The position numbers were made by a program, and so were the translations under genes. The notes below the pieces were generated by a model. The model ran no database searches. It saw only the letters and a program-made list of their open reading frames with translations, and was not told where the DNA came from. Shown one piece after another: positions 52,840 to 64,000 of a DNA stretch of 64,000 nt (position 1 is its first letter; the number at the start of each line of letters is the position of its first letter). The stretch spans positions 644,697-708,696 of the forward strand of contig JAAOMT010000046.1 in the NCBI GenBank assembly GCA_016748015.1, written 5' to 3'. The stretch comes from Geosiphon pyriformis uo1 (taxonomy: Eukaryota > Fungi > Glomeromycota).

Positions 52840-54330
52840 AGAATAAAAAAGTTTTAAATGTTACTTTTTTTATAATAACTAATAAAATTTTGATTAAAAA
52901 AAGTTTTTTTGTTATCAAAACAATTAAATAAAATATTTTGATAATATTTTTTTAAACAAAAATAATAAAAAGCTGTTAAAAACAGTTTTTAAAGTATTTT
53001 TTATCTTTAACTAGTAATTTTTTCTTAATCAAGGTTTTTTCTAAAAAATACATTCAAATTAGTCTTAGTATTGTTTTTACTTTTTTTAAAAGCCTTAAAG
53101 TTTTTAATAATAAGCTAATTAACAAACTGGTTTTTTTTGCTTTTACTATTAATATTTTTATTACTATTTTGCAAATGGCCAAAATAGTAATAATTACTTG
53201 TATTTGTTATTATTATACCAAACTTATTTGTGGTTTTAAATAAAATATTGAAATTTTTTTTTCTAATAACAACTAATTTTTTTTTAATATGAATAATTAC
53301 AATAATAATATATCTTTTAAAATAATTTAAAATTAATTATTAACTATATTACCAAATATAATATTTTTCAACAGATTATTATCAAAAACAAAACAATTTA
53401 TTGGGTTATTTAATCTTAAAAATTGAATTAATTAAATAAAAACTGAATTAACTTTTTTTTTGGTTTTTTAATACTGTTTTTAATAGTACTTAAAAAACAA
53501 TTTTTAATTATTAAGAATTTTTTAAATAAATAGGTTTTATTCTAATATTTAATATTATTTTTAAAATCAAACTGGTCTTAATTAATTTTTTGTTTTTTTT
53601 ATTGTTTAACTTTATTAAATTTAAATTAGTTTTAGAAAACAATATTAAATTGATTTGTATAAATTTTGCTTTTGAAAATTTTTTGGTTATGACTATTAAA
53701 GTTTTTATTAATGGTTTTTTTATATTATACTTAAAATTCTAAAATATTTTGTAATAACTTTTGGTTTCTTTTTTTTCATTTTTGTTGTACTTTATAATAT
53801 TTTATTTAACTCATTCTTTAATAATATTAAAAATGTCTTTGATATTTTTGGTATTGTTACTTTGGTTAAATTAAAACTTATTAACTTGTAACAATATATT
53901 ATTGCTAATTTTAAGAACTTTTTTTACTGTTATTGTTTTTAATAACTAATTTATGCTTAAAAAAAACAGTATTAGAATTTTTTTTCTACTAAAAAGAAAT
54001 TATTATCTTAAAAAATACTTTTAAGACTAAATTAATCAGTTTTTTTTTATTGTACTATTTTTAAAATTAATAGTTTGATTTTTTAAATTAGTAATTATAT
54101 TTGTTTTATTCTTTGTTTTCTTAAATTTTATTATTATTAATACTTTGCTATTATAATTTTTAATTTTTATAAATTTTTGTATTTAATTGTTATAAAAACT
54201 AGTATTTTATATAAATATTATATTTGATAAAAAACTTTTAAATATTATTATTATTATAAATATTAAAGCTTAAATTATTTGTTTATTGTTTATTATTATC
54301 TTTTTTTAAGTTTGTTAAATTTATTATTAA
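52840..54330. repeat. Second, uninterrupted copy of Repeat X (inverted relative to 21.6-40.9 kb) inside an AT desert at 52050-54550
   Basis: Reverse-complement similarity to ~21900-22200 and ~39950-40920. Confidence 0.65.
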
Positions 54331-54742
54331 CTTTAAGCTTTTTTTTTATTTTTTGTTAAAAAAAATATTATGCTAAGACTTTTGTTTTTTTGGCTTTTTT
54401 TTTTGCTACTTTTGTAACTGTATTTATTACTAATTTTGTAATTAAATTAAAATTGGATTTTTTAAAATTTGAAATTTTAAAGCTGTTTTTTTATTAAGTC
54501 TGTTGTTATATTAATTAGTGCTTTAATTACTAAATTAAGTTGGTTAATTATTTAATTACGCGTTTTTTATTTTTTAAACACGCGTGTATAATGTTTTTTC
54601 GCGACGCGCATAATCGATTTTATTCATACTCGTTTTTTTATAAAAATGAAATGTAACGCGCATATAAGATTTTTTCGTCGTTTTTATTAAAACGAAATGG
54701 GAGCAAAAAAAGAATTAACGATTGCTCAACGTAATACTATAT

Positions 54743-54762
54743 NNNNNNNNNNNNNNNNNNNN
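54743..54762. other. Assembly gap (20 N) flanked by a 154-bp exact duplication
   Basis: 54589-54742 equals 54763-54916. Confidence 0.95.
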
Positions 54763-54870
54763 TAATGTTTTTTCGCGACGCGCATAATCGATTTTATTCA
54801 TACTCGTTTTTTTATAAAAATGAAATGTAACGCGCATATAAGATTTTTTCGTCGTTTTTATTAAAACGAA

Positions 54871-55119
54871 ATGGGAGCAAAAAAAGAATTAACGATTGCT
54901 CAACGTAATACTATATGCTTATTACAACAGCATGGCAAGAAATATCGTGATATTGCCAACATAGTCAATTGCAGCTTGACAGCAGTTTCGGATACAATAA
55001 AACGATTTAAAGAAACTGGTTCAATTGATTCAAGACCTCGTTCAGGACGTCCACGTTTATTTACTCACCAAAAATGTCGCCGACTTAAACGTTTAGTAAC
55101 ACTTAATGGAAAAATTTAG
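54871..55119 (+). CDS. Tc1 transposase N-terminal HTH DNA-binding domain only (82 aa)
   Basis: MGAKKELTIAQR...IANIVNCSLTAVSDTIKRFKETGS..RPRSGRPR; no DDE domain follows. Confidence 0.75.
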   Translation: MGAKKELTIAQRNTICLLQQHGKKYRDIANIVNCSLTAVSDTIKRFKETGSIDSRPRSGRPRLFTHQKCRRLKRLVTLNGKI

Positions 55120-55469
55120 AAAATTACTATAAAATTATAAATATGTTGTTTATTTTGTTTTATTTTATAAAAAAATAAATATTATTGTTAAATAAAATCT
55201 TGTTCGGAAACTTTTGGACACCCTCTGTATATGCTAAAATTAGAAGTATTATTTATAAAATTAAAGATTAAGTTTCTGTTTTTTAACAGATATTTGTGCA
55301 AGATTAATTCTAACTTATCTAATATTAAAAATGAATATAGTATTGGTTTTAATCTAATAAATAATAATAATAATAATAATAATAAGTAAAGTAATATATT
55401 AAATAAAAAACTTTTGTTAATTTAATAAAGCATTAGAAATTTTAATCTTTTAATATCAAGGAAAAATTA

Positions 55470-56503
55470 AAAAAAACTTCTTTTTTTTCATTTTAAATTC
55501 CAAAAAAAGAGTTTAGAATTTTGAAAGAAGTTTTTCTATTTTTTTTATTGTATTTTTCGCTATTTCTTAAATACCAAACTCATTTGTTGTCAAACTGACT
55601 GCCACTATGAGTGATTATAGTGCTAGAAAAAAGTCAGCCAAAATTGTAGCTTCAAGTTTTGTTAGTAGAAGCTTGGCTCAAAAGCAGAAGTTGTTACTTG
55701 GCAATATTAAGTATTTTAATAATAAAGCAGATTTAAGTTTTGAAAATTCAGAAAAGATTACTGGCTAATTTGCTGATATGAATACAAATGATAAAAGTAA
55801 TAATAAAAGTAAAGTTCAATCAAATTCTAAAATAAATACACTTAAAGCAAAAAGAATCAATACTAGTGCTGTAGTTGGTTTTCCTATTGGCTTTTTAATC
55901 TTTAATATGGATGATAAAAATAAAATCTTTCTTCTTTTTTGTTTACTTATCTCTCTTGACAAAAGATGAATTGATCTAAAAATAGTTAAAAATCAGATTG
56001 AAGTGGCAATTAAGAAATTTTTTGTATTGGATATTAATTTTTTGGCTGTAAAAAGCAAATTGGTAATTGCAAAAACTCAATTAATCAGAAAATTATTTTC
56101 AACAATCAATAGTTTTGGAAAAGCCACTACTCTTTCAAAATTTAAAAAGATCATTCAATTTATTTTTATTTCAGAAAAAACATAGAAAAGACTGCTTTAT
56201 TGGTCAGAAAAAAAGTGATTATTATAAACAGTAATCTCAAAAGACAAAAATTTCATTTAAATTGAGCAGTGGTAATCAAAAAAATTTTTATGAATACACT
56301 AAAAAAAATAATCATTGCTGTAGTACCTGAATTTGGCCAAATTAATTTAATTAAAGTTTAATTAATTGGGTTATGACAAAAAGTTGTGGTAAAATTTGCC
56401 AAATTGGGTTAAATTAAGCAACTAGGTTTTAAATAGTCATTTCTAATCAGAAAAAATTTGGTGTATGTGGTTATGGCTGTGAAAGATTGTGATGTTTGGA
56501 TGT
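55470..56503 (+). mobile_element. LINE-4: 5' UTR and first half of ORF1 (ATG 55607), cut by an LTR
   Basis: 5' hairpin shared with LINE-2; KFFVLDINF..KTQLIRKLFSTINSFGKATTLSKF is homologous to LINE-1/2 ORF1. Confidence 0.85.
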
Positions 56504-57273
56504 TGTTATGGGTGACTATCTCTGGTGTTAGATTAAATAACAAACCTGTAACTTGGTGCTAAAAGTTATTTGCATTGATATTATTAATCTGAAGGTTTTG
56601 GTTTGAGTTCTTTGTATAATGGACAGAAATTCAATAGTGGTTTTATCCGTAGCTTCCCAGAATCGCAATTCTGTCAATTTTTTTCTTGGCATGATGGCCA
56701 GCAATCCTCTAGTAAGTATTCTGTATCTTTTGTATGTGTCTTACCCTTTCACAGGGGTTTTTTACCAGGCAATCCTTGACGTCAGTAATCTAGCACTTTA
56801 TTCAATCAATTAGTGCACAACAATAAAATCAAAATAAAATAAAGAAAAAAAATAAAAGAAAATCATAAATAAGCCAAGGCAATTTTGCAAGTTAGTATCC
56901 CGTCAGTAGCCATGATTAAGAGTTATTGTTCCAGTGTGTTTAAGTATTAATTACTATCAACACTCTATGTTGATAGTGGAATTAGGGTTGAGATACCAAA
57001 TAGTTATTTATTGTGTTTGAAAGGTTGTCTAGATAAAATTTAAACTTTGAGGTCTGTCTTTTTAGCTTCTAATCCTACTGCTATATATACATAATTGAGA
57101 TTTCTCAATTCTTCAATTCTTCACAACAGAAATCCTGAAATTTTTGGAATCTTGCAATTTTTTTGAAAGGAATCCTGGAATTCTGGAATCCTGCGATTCT
57201 TTGTGAGAATCCTGTAATTCCTGGAATCCTGTAATTTCTGAAAAGAATTCTGAAATTCTACATTTTACTACAT
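56504..57273 (-). repeat. Antisense Gypsy LTR fragment (starts TGTTATGGG after ATGT), interrupted by another LTR
   Basis: Its reverse complement shares caaagaactcaa, accttcaga and terminal acccataaca with 57274-58316; similar to the LTR relic at 10513; gaatcctg-type repeats at 57130-57260. Confidence 0.7.
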
Positions 57274-58316
57274 TGTTATCTGAGTAGAAAAACTGATCCA
57301 AAGTTATAAAGAAACATGACCAAAACGTGACATAACACAGAATAACGCGCAATAATGTTGGATAACGCATTATAATGTTGGATAATGTGTTATAATACAG
57401 AATAACACAGAATAGTGCGCAATAACGTAGGATAATGTGTTATAACATAAGATAACTAGCGATAACGTAGAAAAACGAAGCAATAACAGAAACAACAAAG
57501 CAATAGCTAGCAATAGTGAGACAATTGAAAGCAATCCTATAAAACCAAAAGAATATATAAAAGCAAGTAGTTGTAGAAGTGAGAAAAGACAGAGAAGAAA
57601 AAATAGATACGAACCTCTAGAACAGAAATTAAAATATCCATACCCTTTCATCCTTTATTATCTTTCCTATTTCATCTCCTAAAATAAATCAATTATTAAA
57701 AGAAATCAGAATCACAAATTTATGTTCTCGAACTTCATGAAATTTACGTGAATTAACCCTTGTCTCGTATCTCTATTCTAAAACAGATGCTCTTAGCATA
57801 ACCACCTCAAACCTATTAATGATTTGGACCAATTGCTCTTGATCATGGCGATTGACGATACTAATTTATTTTTTCTCTCTTTTTTTTTCTTTTTTTTTCT
57901 TTTTTTTTCTTTTTCTGTCTTAATTTTTTTGTGGAGCAGCAACATAGTAAAATCGACTGTCTGAGAATAGACTTCGTGATAGTCTGGTAAAAGAGGGAAC
58001 CTTCCCCTAAGTTTTGGATATTAACATTATCTTGTTAGCTTACCAGAAGAGCAAAAAGACAATGCCAGACCCTAATGACTGTGCTCGTTATCTTGGAGAA
58101 GAAAGCTCACATTTACAAAAAATGTTGTAATTGACAAAAGACAAACTCTGTGTCTTATAACCAAAGAACTCAACGGGTAAAATTCACATCCAGGAATAGA
58201 CCTTCAGAGACTGATAATCAAGACTAAGCCAACAGAATTACGCAGAAGATGCATCATCAATAATTGAAAGTACCAAATGTTACTATTTCCCATACCCATC
58301 AAGTTTACCCATAACA
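57274..58316 (+). repeat. Sense Gypsy LTR (1043 bp, TGTTAT...ATAACA)
   Basis: Terminal inverted repeat; internal 10-bp array; poly-pyrimidine tract; flanks ACAT and CCAT. Confidence 0.7.
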
Positions 58317-61300
58317 CCATCAATCAGGATAAATCAATAATGACCCTATATACCAATGCCAGAGTCAGAGAAATAGACATTAAATTAATCCTAAATAGTG
58401 GATCAGCTGGTAGCATAATCATGAAGCAGCTTATGGACCAACTAGGTTGTTAAGTAGACTGTACTGCTACCACCTGGATTATTACAGTGGATGGAAACAC
58501 AAAAACCCTGATAAGAGAAATTGACAACTTCCCCTTCGAGATTAATGGAATCTAAATCCCTACCAAAGTACTTGTTATGGAAGCTACTCAATATCAAGCT
58601 CTAGTAGAAAATGATTGGTTGTCAAAAGCCAACATTATTCTTGACTAAAACACCCAAGAACTTCAACTCACATTTAACGGACAGCATGCCTAAGTCCCAG
58701 CTATGTGCAGACACTTTAAAACCCAACATACTGAGGAACCCCTTATTGAATTTGAAGACACATCACAGTCACCAACTATTAAGACCTATCAGATTTCATG
58801 GGCAGATGATTATCAAACTGAACTACCCCCACCACCAACCTGGGAAGAAAAAGGAAAAAGCAGAGCTGAAGAAAAACCCCAATCGTCATCACTAAAATAC
58901 ATAACCTCGGACCAAAGAAACTTATTTTACCAACCCCCAAGACTAATATGTGTCAATTGTGAGAAAAAACTATCTACTATGGGTGCATGTATTGAGAACA
59001 ACGAAGAATGACCCACCGCCACCAAATACTATTGCAGACCTTGTTTATTGGAAAGATTTGGATGACCAAAATGACAAGCCAAGTAGGACAACATGCCATG
59101 CCTTGCATATGGCAAAATTCTGTCAAATGAAAGACTCTAGAATAATGTGTTTGGCAGAAGAAAAACATGCAACAAAACTTGTCAATACACCATATTAATC
59201 AATGATTGAATATGAAAGAAAACCCCCATCGAGGATGCTTAGAAATGAGCACTCAACAGGCTGGACAGTTATCTACATGATGACCACAAAATCTGGAGAA
59301 TAGTAAGCACTAAGGCCAAAAATGCTATGCCCGAAGAAATACAAGAAATCAAGGACAATTCTTGGATGCCCGAATATAATGGACCCAACTACCCCAAGGA
59401 TGATTTTTTCACAGATGACCCAGATGCATTTCAGAACCAATATCAGAAATTGGCCCCAACTTGCGAAGAACAAGAGCAAAAGTTGGCTGATTTGAATACC
59501 AAACTGTGTGATCACTGTTTGATTCCCTGTCACTTCCAATACTGCAACAAAGGTAATTTCATGTTCAATTCACTTCCAAGAATACTGTTTCCAATCACCA
59601 AACTACTTGAGCCCAAAAAAAAAGAGATATTGATCACCAAGAACATGTCATTTCAAGATCCAACTAAAGATACTGAAACAGAACAGTATTTCATGTATTC
59701 TGACCTATTTAAAGAACTAGAGCTAAAATGGTACAGTGACAATGAGGAAGGAATCTGCCCCAAAAGAGTGCATAACACTAATGCCAGTTTTGACTTACAA
59801 TACTCTGGACAATCACCCATCATTATAGCCCCATATTCCCTTGTAAAAATAGATCTTAAGATAATGTTAGAAATTCCTGTTAGTACAATGATACAAGTTG
59901 CCTCTCAATCTAGTCTAACCAAGAAAAAAATTGACGTAAAAAAAGGAATTATTGATGCTGATTACACAGAGAACATCATTATGATAGTACAGAACAATTT
60001 GGACAGATCCTACAAAATAGAATCACAAGAAAAGATTGCCCAAGCTATCTTTCTACCCCTAGTCAAAATACCCCAATTAACTCTGGTAACAACCCAAGAA
60101 GAATTAAGCCTTACTGCCTGAGGAATCAATGGGTTTGGATCAAGTGGAAGAGAAAACGTACCAGTTAATTTCATGGAGGAAGACAGTGACCAGTTAGAAT
60201 TTATCTACACTAACACTGTCATCTCTATTCCTTCATACTGACAATATATCTTTAAGATGAATTAAAAGATCCAAAATCAAGCCCTGTTATTCAAAACCAG
60301 TTCCAAAATCTGTTTCCTAGTTAATGTTGCTAATTTATACCTACTGGCTAAAGCCCATAAACACTTCAAAATCCCCATCTACAACCCAACAGAAGATGTT
60401 ATTGAAATTCCCGAAAAAACCCTTGTCAGTTCCATATCCGCAGATATTCAGAATCCTGAAAAACTCCAGTCCATTCCAGATTTCACACAATTATTCTTAT
60501 TCTGTGACATTACCTCACAAGTATGGAATTTGCCAAAAAAAAGTTACTTGTTCACACCAAAAAAGATTAATAAATTGAATTTAGAAAATTTAAGTACCTT
60601 GCAACAAATACAACTCAAAGTTCTTCTGAATCAGTATGCCGATGTCTTTGCCAGTGAAAATGAATTCAGATGCATTGACATTGTGAAGCATCAGATTGAT
60701 ACAGGAGATGCTCGACCAATTAAGCAACGAGCTTATCACATACTCCCATCTGGTGATAATCTAATTAAGCAAAAAGTGCAACAGATGCTTAATAATGGCC
60801 TAATCAAAGAATTGTTAAGCTCTTGGTCCTCTCCAGTAGTCTTGGTCACCAAGAAAAATAGAAAAGTGCAATTCTGCATAGATTATCAAAAACTAAATAG
60901 CATCATGTAAGGAGATAGTTATCCTACTCTCCTCATTCAAGAAATTCTGGTCAATCTAGGGAAAAAGAAATGGTTTTCGTCATTAAATTTAGCAAGTAGT
61001 TACTGGCAAGTTGAAATGGATTCCAAAGACAAAGAAAAAACAGTGTTTACTACTTGAGACAGAAACTTTGAGTTTAACATAATGCCTTTTGGACTTTGTA
61101 ATACTTTTGCCATGTTTCAATGCCTGATAGATGTAATATACAAAGGAATCCTTTAAAAATTAGTAGTAGTCTACCTAGATGACACAAATGTGTTCTCCAA
61201 AACATTCGATGACTATTTGCTCTACTTGCAACAAGTCTTTGAATGCCTTCATAGTACCAGATTGAAACTCAATTCTGAGAAGTGCTTCTTTGGAAAAACC

Positions 61301-63353
61301 GAGTTAAAATTTCTAGGACATGTAATTAGCAAGAATGGAGTTAAATTTGATCCAGATAAAGTACAAAAAGTCAAGGATTTTCCAGCCCCAATCAACTTCA
61401 GAGAATTACAAGAATTTCTAGAATTGACAGGATATTATTGTCAATTTGTTAAAAGTTTCTTGAACATCACAAAACCACTTTATCAATTATTGTCCAAATA
61501 CATACTGTACTTGTGAAAAGAAAATCAACAAAAAGCATTTGACTATCTCAAGCAGTGATTGATCACATCCCCAATCCTGATTTACCCAGATTTCACTAAA
61601 TGATTCATTATTGCTATAGATGCCTCGAAAAATGCTCTAGGAGCAGTCTTATCACAAATAGGACTGAACAATAAAAAACACCCAGTTGCCTATGCTAGTT
61701 GCAATACTAGCCCAGCAGAAAAAAATTACAGCACAACAGATCTGGAATGTCTTGCCATTTATTAGACCATACAGACTTGAAAACATTACCTCAGTCAACC
61801 ATTTGATCTATATACCAACCACAAAGGACTTATTTGGTTACTCAACAATCCACAACTAGAAGGAAAATATGCAAGATGGAGTACTTATTTGCAACAATTC
61901 CTACTCAAAGTCTATTACAAAGAAGGATCCAAGAACACCAATGCTGACAGTTTGTTGAGGATGCCACAAACCTAATCCCAGACCCATGAACACACTCACT
62001 TATCAATAACTACATCAGTACCTATTGACACTATGTTTCAAGGAGATATTATCTTAACAGGAACAAAGTATCATATAAAAACAAGCCTGAAATTATTTTA
62101 TTCAAGACAACCAACTATATTGATAAGAATGCTGAAACCACTTCACCTCACAATAACTAATTAAGGATAGTGAAAAAAAAACTATACTATATAAAATGCA
62201 CTCAGATCCGACATTAGGACACTTTAACAAAGATACTACCCTTAAAAGAACATTAAACTTATACTATTGGCCAATAATATACAAAAACATTTTCGAATAC
62301 GTGCTCAATTGTAATGCATGCCAGCAAAGAGGAGAAGCAAGATCAACAGAACCACTTCGACCTATTCCAGTTGGAAATCTATTTGATAGAATTGGGATTG
62401 ATTTGGTTAGTCCTCTCTCAATTACATCCAAAGGAAATCAGTATATCGCTATAGTCATTGATTATCTTACAAAATGGCCAGAAGCCAGAGCAATTCAAGT
62501 GGCTGATGCCAAAACAGTAGCCGAGTTTGTACATCAAGACTTAATTTGCTGACATGAGTGTCCGAAAGAATTGTTATCTGATCAAGGAACACATTTTGTT
62601 AATAATATGCTAACAGAATTAAGCCAATGGTTTGGTATAAAATGTCCTTTATCATCACTATACTACTCATAAACTAACAGACTGGTAAAACAGTTTAACC
62701 GAACACTGTGTGAAGCACTAGCAAAAATAAGTTAAGAAAACGAACAAGAATGGAACCTATTCATATTTTCAGTACTCTTTGCATACTAAACACTAAAGCA
62801 AAATATGACACACTTCACACCATTTAAACTAGTCTATAGAAGAAAAGCTATATTACCTATTAAACAAGAAATATTGTTCTACTCAACAGAAACAATTACT
62901 AAAGAGAATTTTAAAGCTACCTTGTACCACAGAATGTATCAGCTAATAGAAACATTAGAAAACAATCGAAAAACAGCAGCTAATAACATTAGTAACACTC
63001 AAGAACAACAAAAAGAAAGACATGATAAACACCTACTAGAACAACCAATGGAATTCAAGATTGGAGACCAAGTACTGTTATATTGTATGAAAGCTGAAAA
63101 ACAGTGGAATGAAAAGTTTGACCCAAAGTGAGATGGTCTATTTCATATACACGAAGCATTAGGAAATGGAGCTTACAAATTACGATTAGAAGACAAGATT
63201 TTAAAGAAAGTAGTGCATAGAAATCAGTTAAAAATTTATCATGCAAAACAGAAATCATCATCATCAATACCTCAACTAGGAACACAAATTTCATTAATCA
63301 GACCAGAAGATATACCACGAGATCTAAAACCAATCATCATTATCGAAATGTAG
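58317..63353 (+). pseudogene. Gypsy-2 pol (protease, Cys-rich insert, dUTPase, RT, RNase H, integrase); gag and PBS missing
   Basis: LILNSGSAGS; CVNCEKKLSTMGAC; FDLQY..ASQSSL..IIDADY..KIAQAI..GFGSSG; YLDDT; NYSTTDLEC; H..GH..CNACQ; DRIGIDLV; ends PIIIIEM* (63351-63353). Confidence 0.93.
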
Positions 63354-63433
63354 ACAATAAGCAGCAAATTAAATTGGAGAATTCAAATATATATAGCATC
63401 CAAAAAGCAGCAAAAAATGATAGAAATTTTAAC

Positions 63434-64000
63434 ATGGATCTTTCAGATCAAATTTTAAATTATCTAAACAATTATTTGAAACAATTCAAAAGTTGACATC
63501 TCAAATAGAAATAACAATTGATAAAAAAGAGATATAATACAAAAATAAGAGCAGGAGAGAGGAGGACAAGAGTTCAATTAAAACTAAACGTTTTTTCCTT
63601 TACCTACCACCCAAAAGGCAATGTTGGAGAAAAAATTGCCTTCAGGCAGAAGATAGAAAAGAAGAAGACAAAGAATGAGAAAAATGTTACAAAAAAAGAT
63701 ATTTGGTCTCCGAGCTCAAAGAAATAAAACAAGCTTTAGTTCATGGAACCAAACTCTCCGAAACAGGGAAGTAGACACTTGACAATGCTCAGGAATGGAA
63801 AAAAAAACTTTCTCCAGCTTATTGGTTCTACAAAATTAGAGAACAGCTTGACTTGAAAACACCATATGAAGACCTCAACCAGAAAATGTTCAACAAAGAA
63901 GCAATACAACAAGTAAAAAAATTCATAGGAAAAAACAACCTGACCCTATATTACAAAGCAGCATACTAACTATATGCCGTTTTCTAACATTGCCCAAATA
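63434..64000 (+). pseudogene. Gypsy-2 ORF3 (degenerate; runs off the window)
   Basis: MDLSDQILNYL...; final frame AYWFYKIREQL...MFNKEAIQQV...YYKAAY*LYAVF*HCPN matches Gypsy-1 ORF3. Confidence 0.7.

Larger units (their letters stand above)
54558..55229 (+). mobile_element. Internally deleted Tc1/mariner element
   Basis: Paired-HTH ORF; right TIR cggaaacttttggacaccctctg followed by TA (55205-55229); left TIR not seen. Confidence 0.8.

Noticed and set aside
53480-53570. hAT transposase RWNSTY-like motif in Repeat X
   Set aside because: Visible in only one copy and only after assuming reversions; too weak to name the family.
54589-54916. 154-bp tandem duplication of the Tc1 start
   Set aside because: Identical copies on either side of a 20-N gap; most likely an unmerged contig overlap.
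57332-57471. CRISPR-like or telomeric array
   Set aside because: 10-bp degenerate units without unique spacers, inside a eukaryotic LTR; no cas genes.

Overview
Eukaryotic fungal DNA with short GT-AG introns; the gene and TE content looks like Glomeromycotina/Mucoromycota, possibly Geosiphon-like (inference only). Two compact gene blocks (1-8.9 kb: 3' part of a WDR81-like gene, VPS29, BUD32, LIN1/CD2BP2; 41.4-52.0 kb: RBM39, 4E-T-like eIF4E-binding protein, DUF676 lipase, DJ-1/PfpI) alternate with two nested transposon islands (9.0-41.2 kb and 52.0-64 kb). The islands hold three copies, of different ages, of an unusual Ty3/Gypsy group, four LINE copies with APE-RT-RNase H-CCHC architecture, an unidentified old repeat and an internally deleted Tc1/mariner element. 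The Gypsy group has a single gag-pol ORF with a ~300-aa Cys-rich insert and a dUTPase between protease and RT, no chromodomain, and a conserved non-env ORF3 after integrase. Its one complete copy has a 4-bp TSD, and three LTR junctions read ACAT in element orientation. All repeats carry heavy C>T/G>A mutation: the two LTRs of the complete element differ at about 51 of 971 positions, all transitions (manual count), which suggests a RIP-like or all-context 5mC-deamination genome defence. The best candidates for new biology are the Gypsy accessory modules (Cys-rich domain and ORF3), the hypermutation system, and conserved RNA structures and translational coupling in the LINEs.
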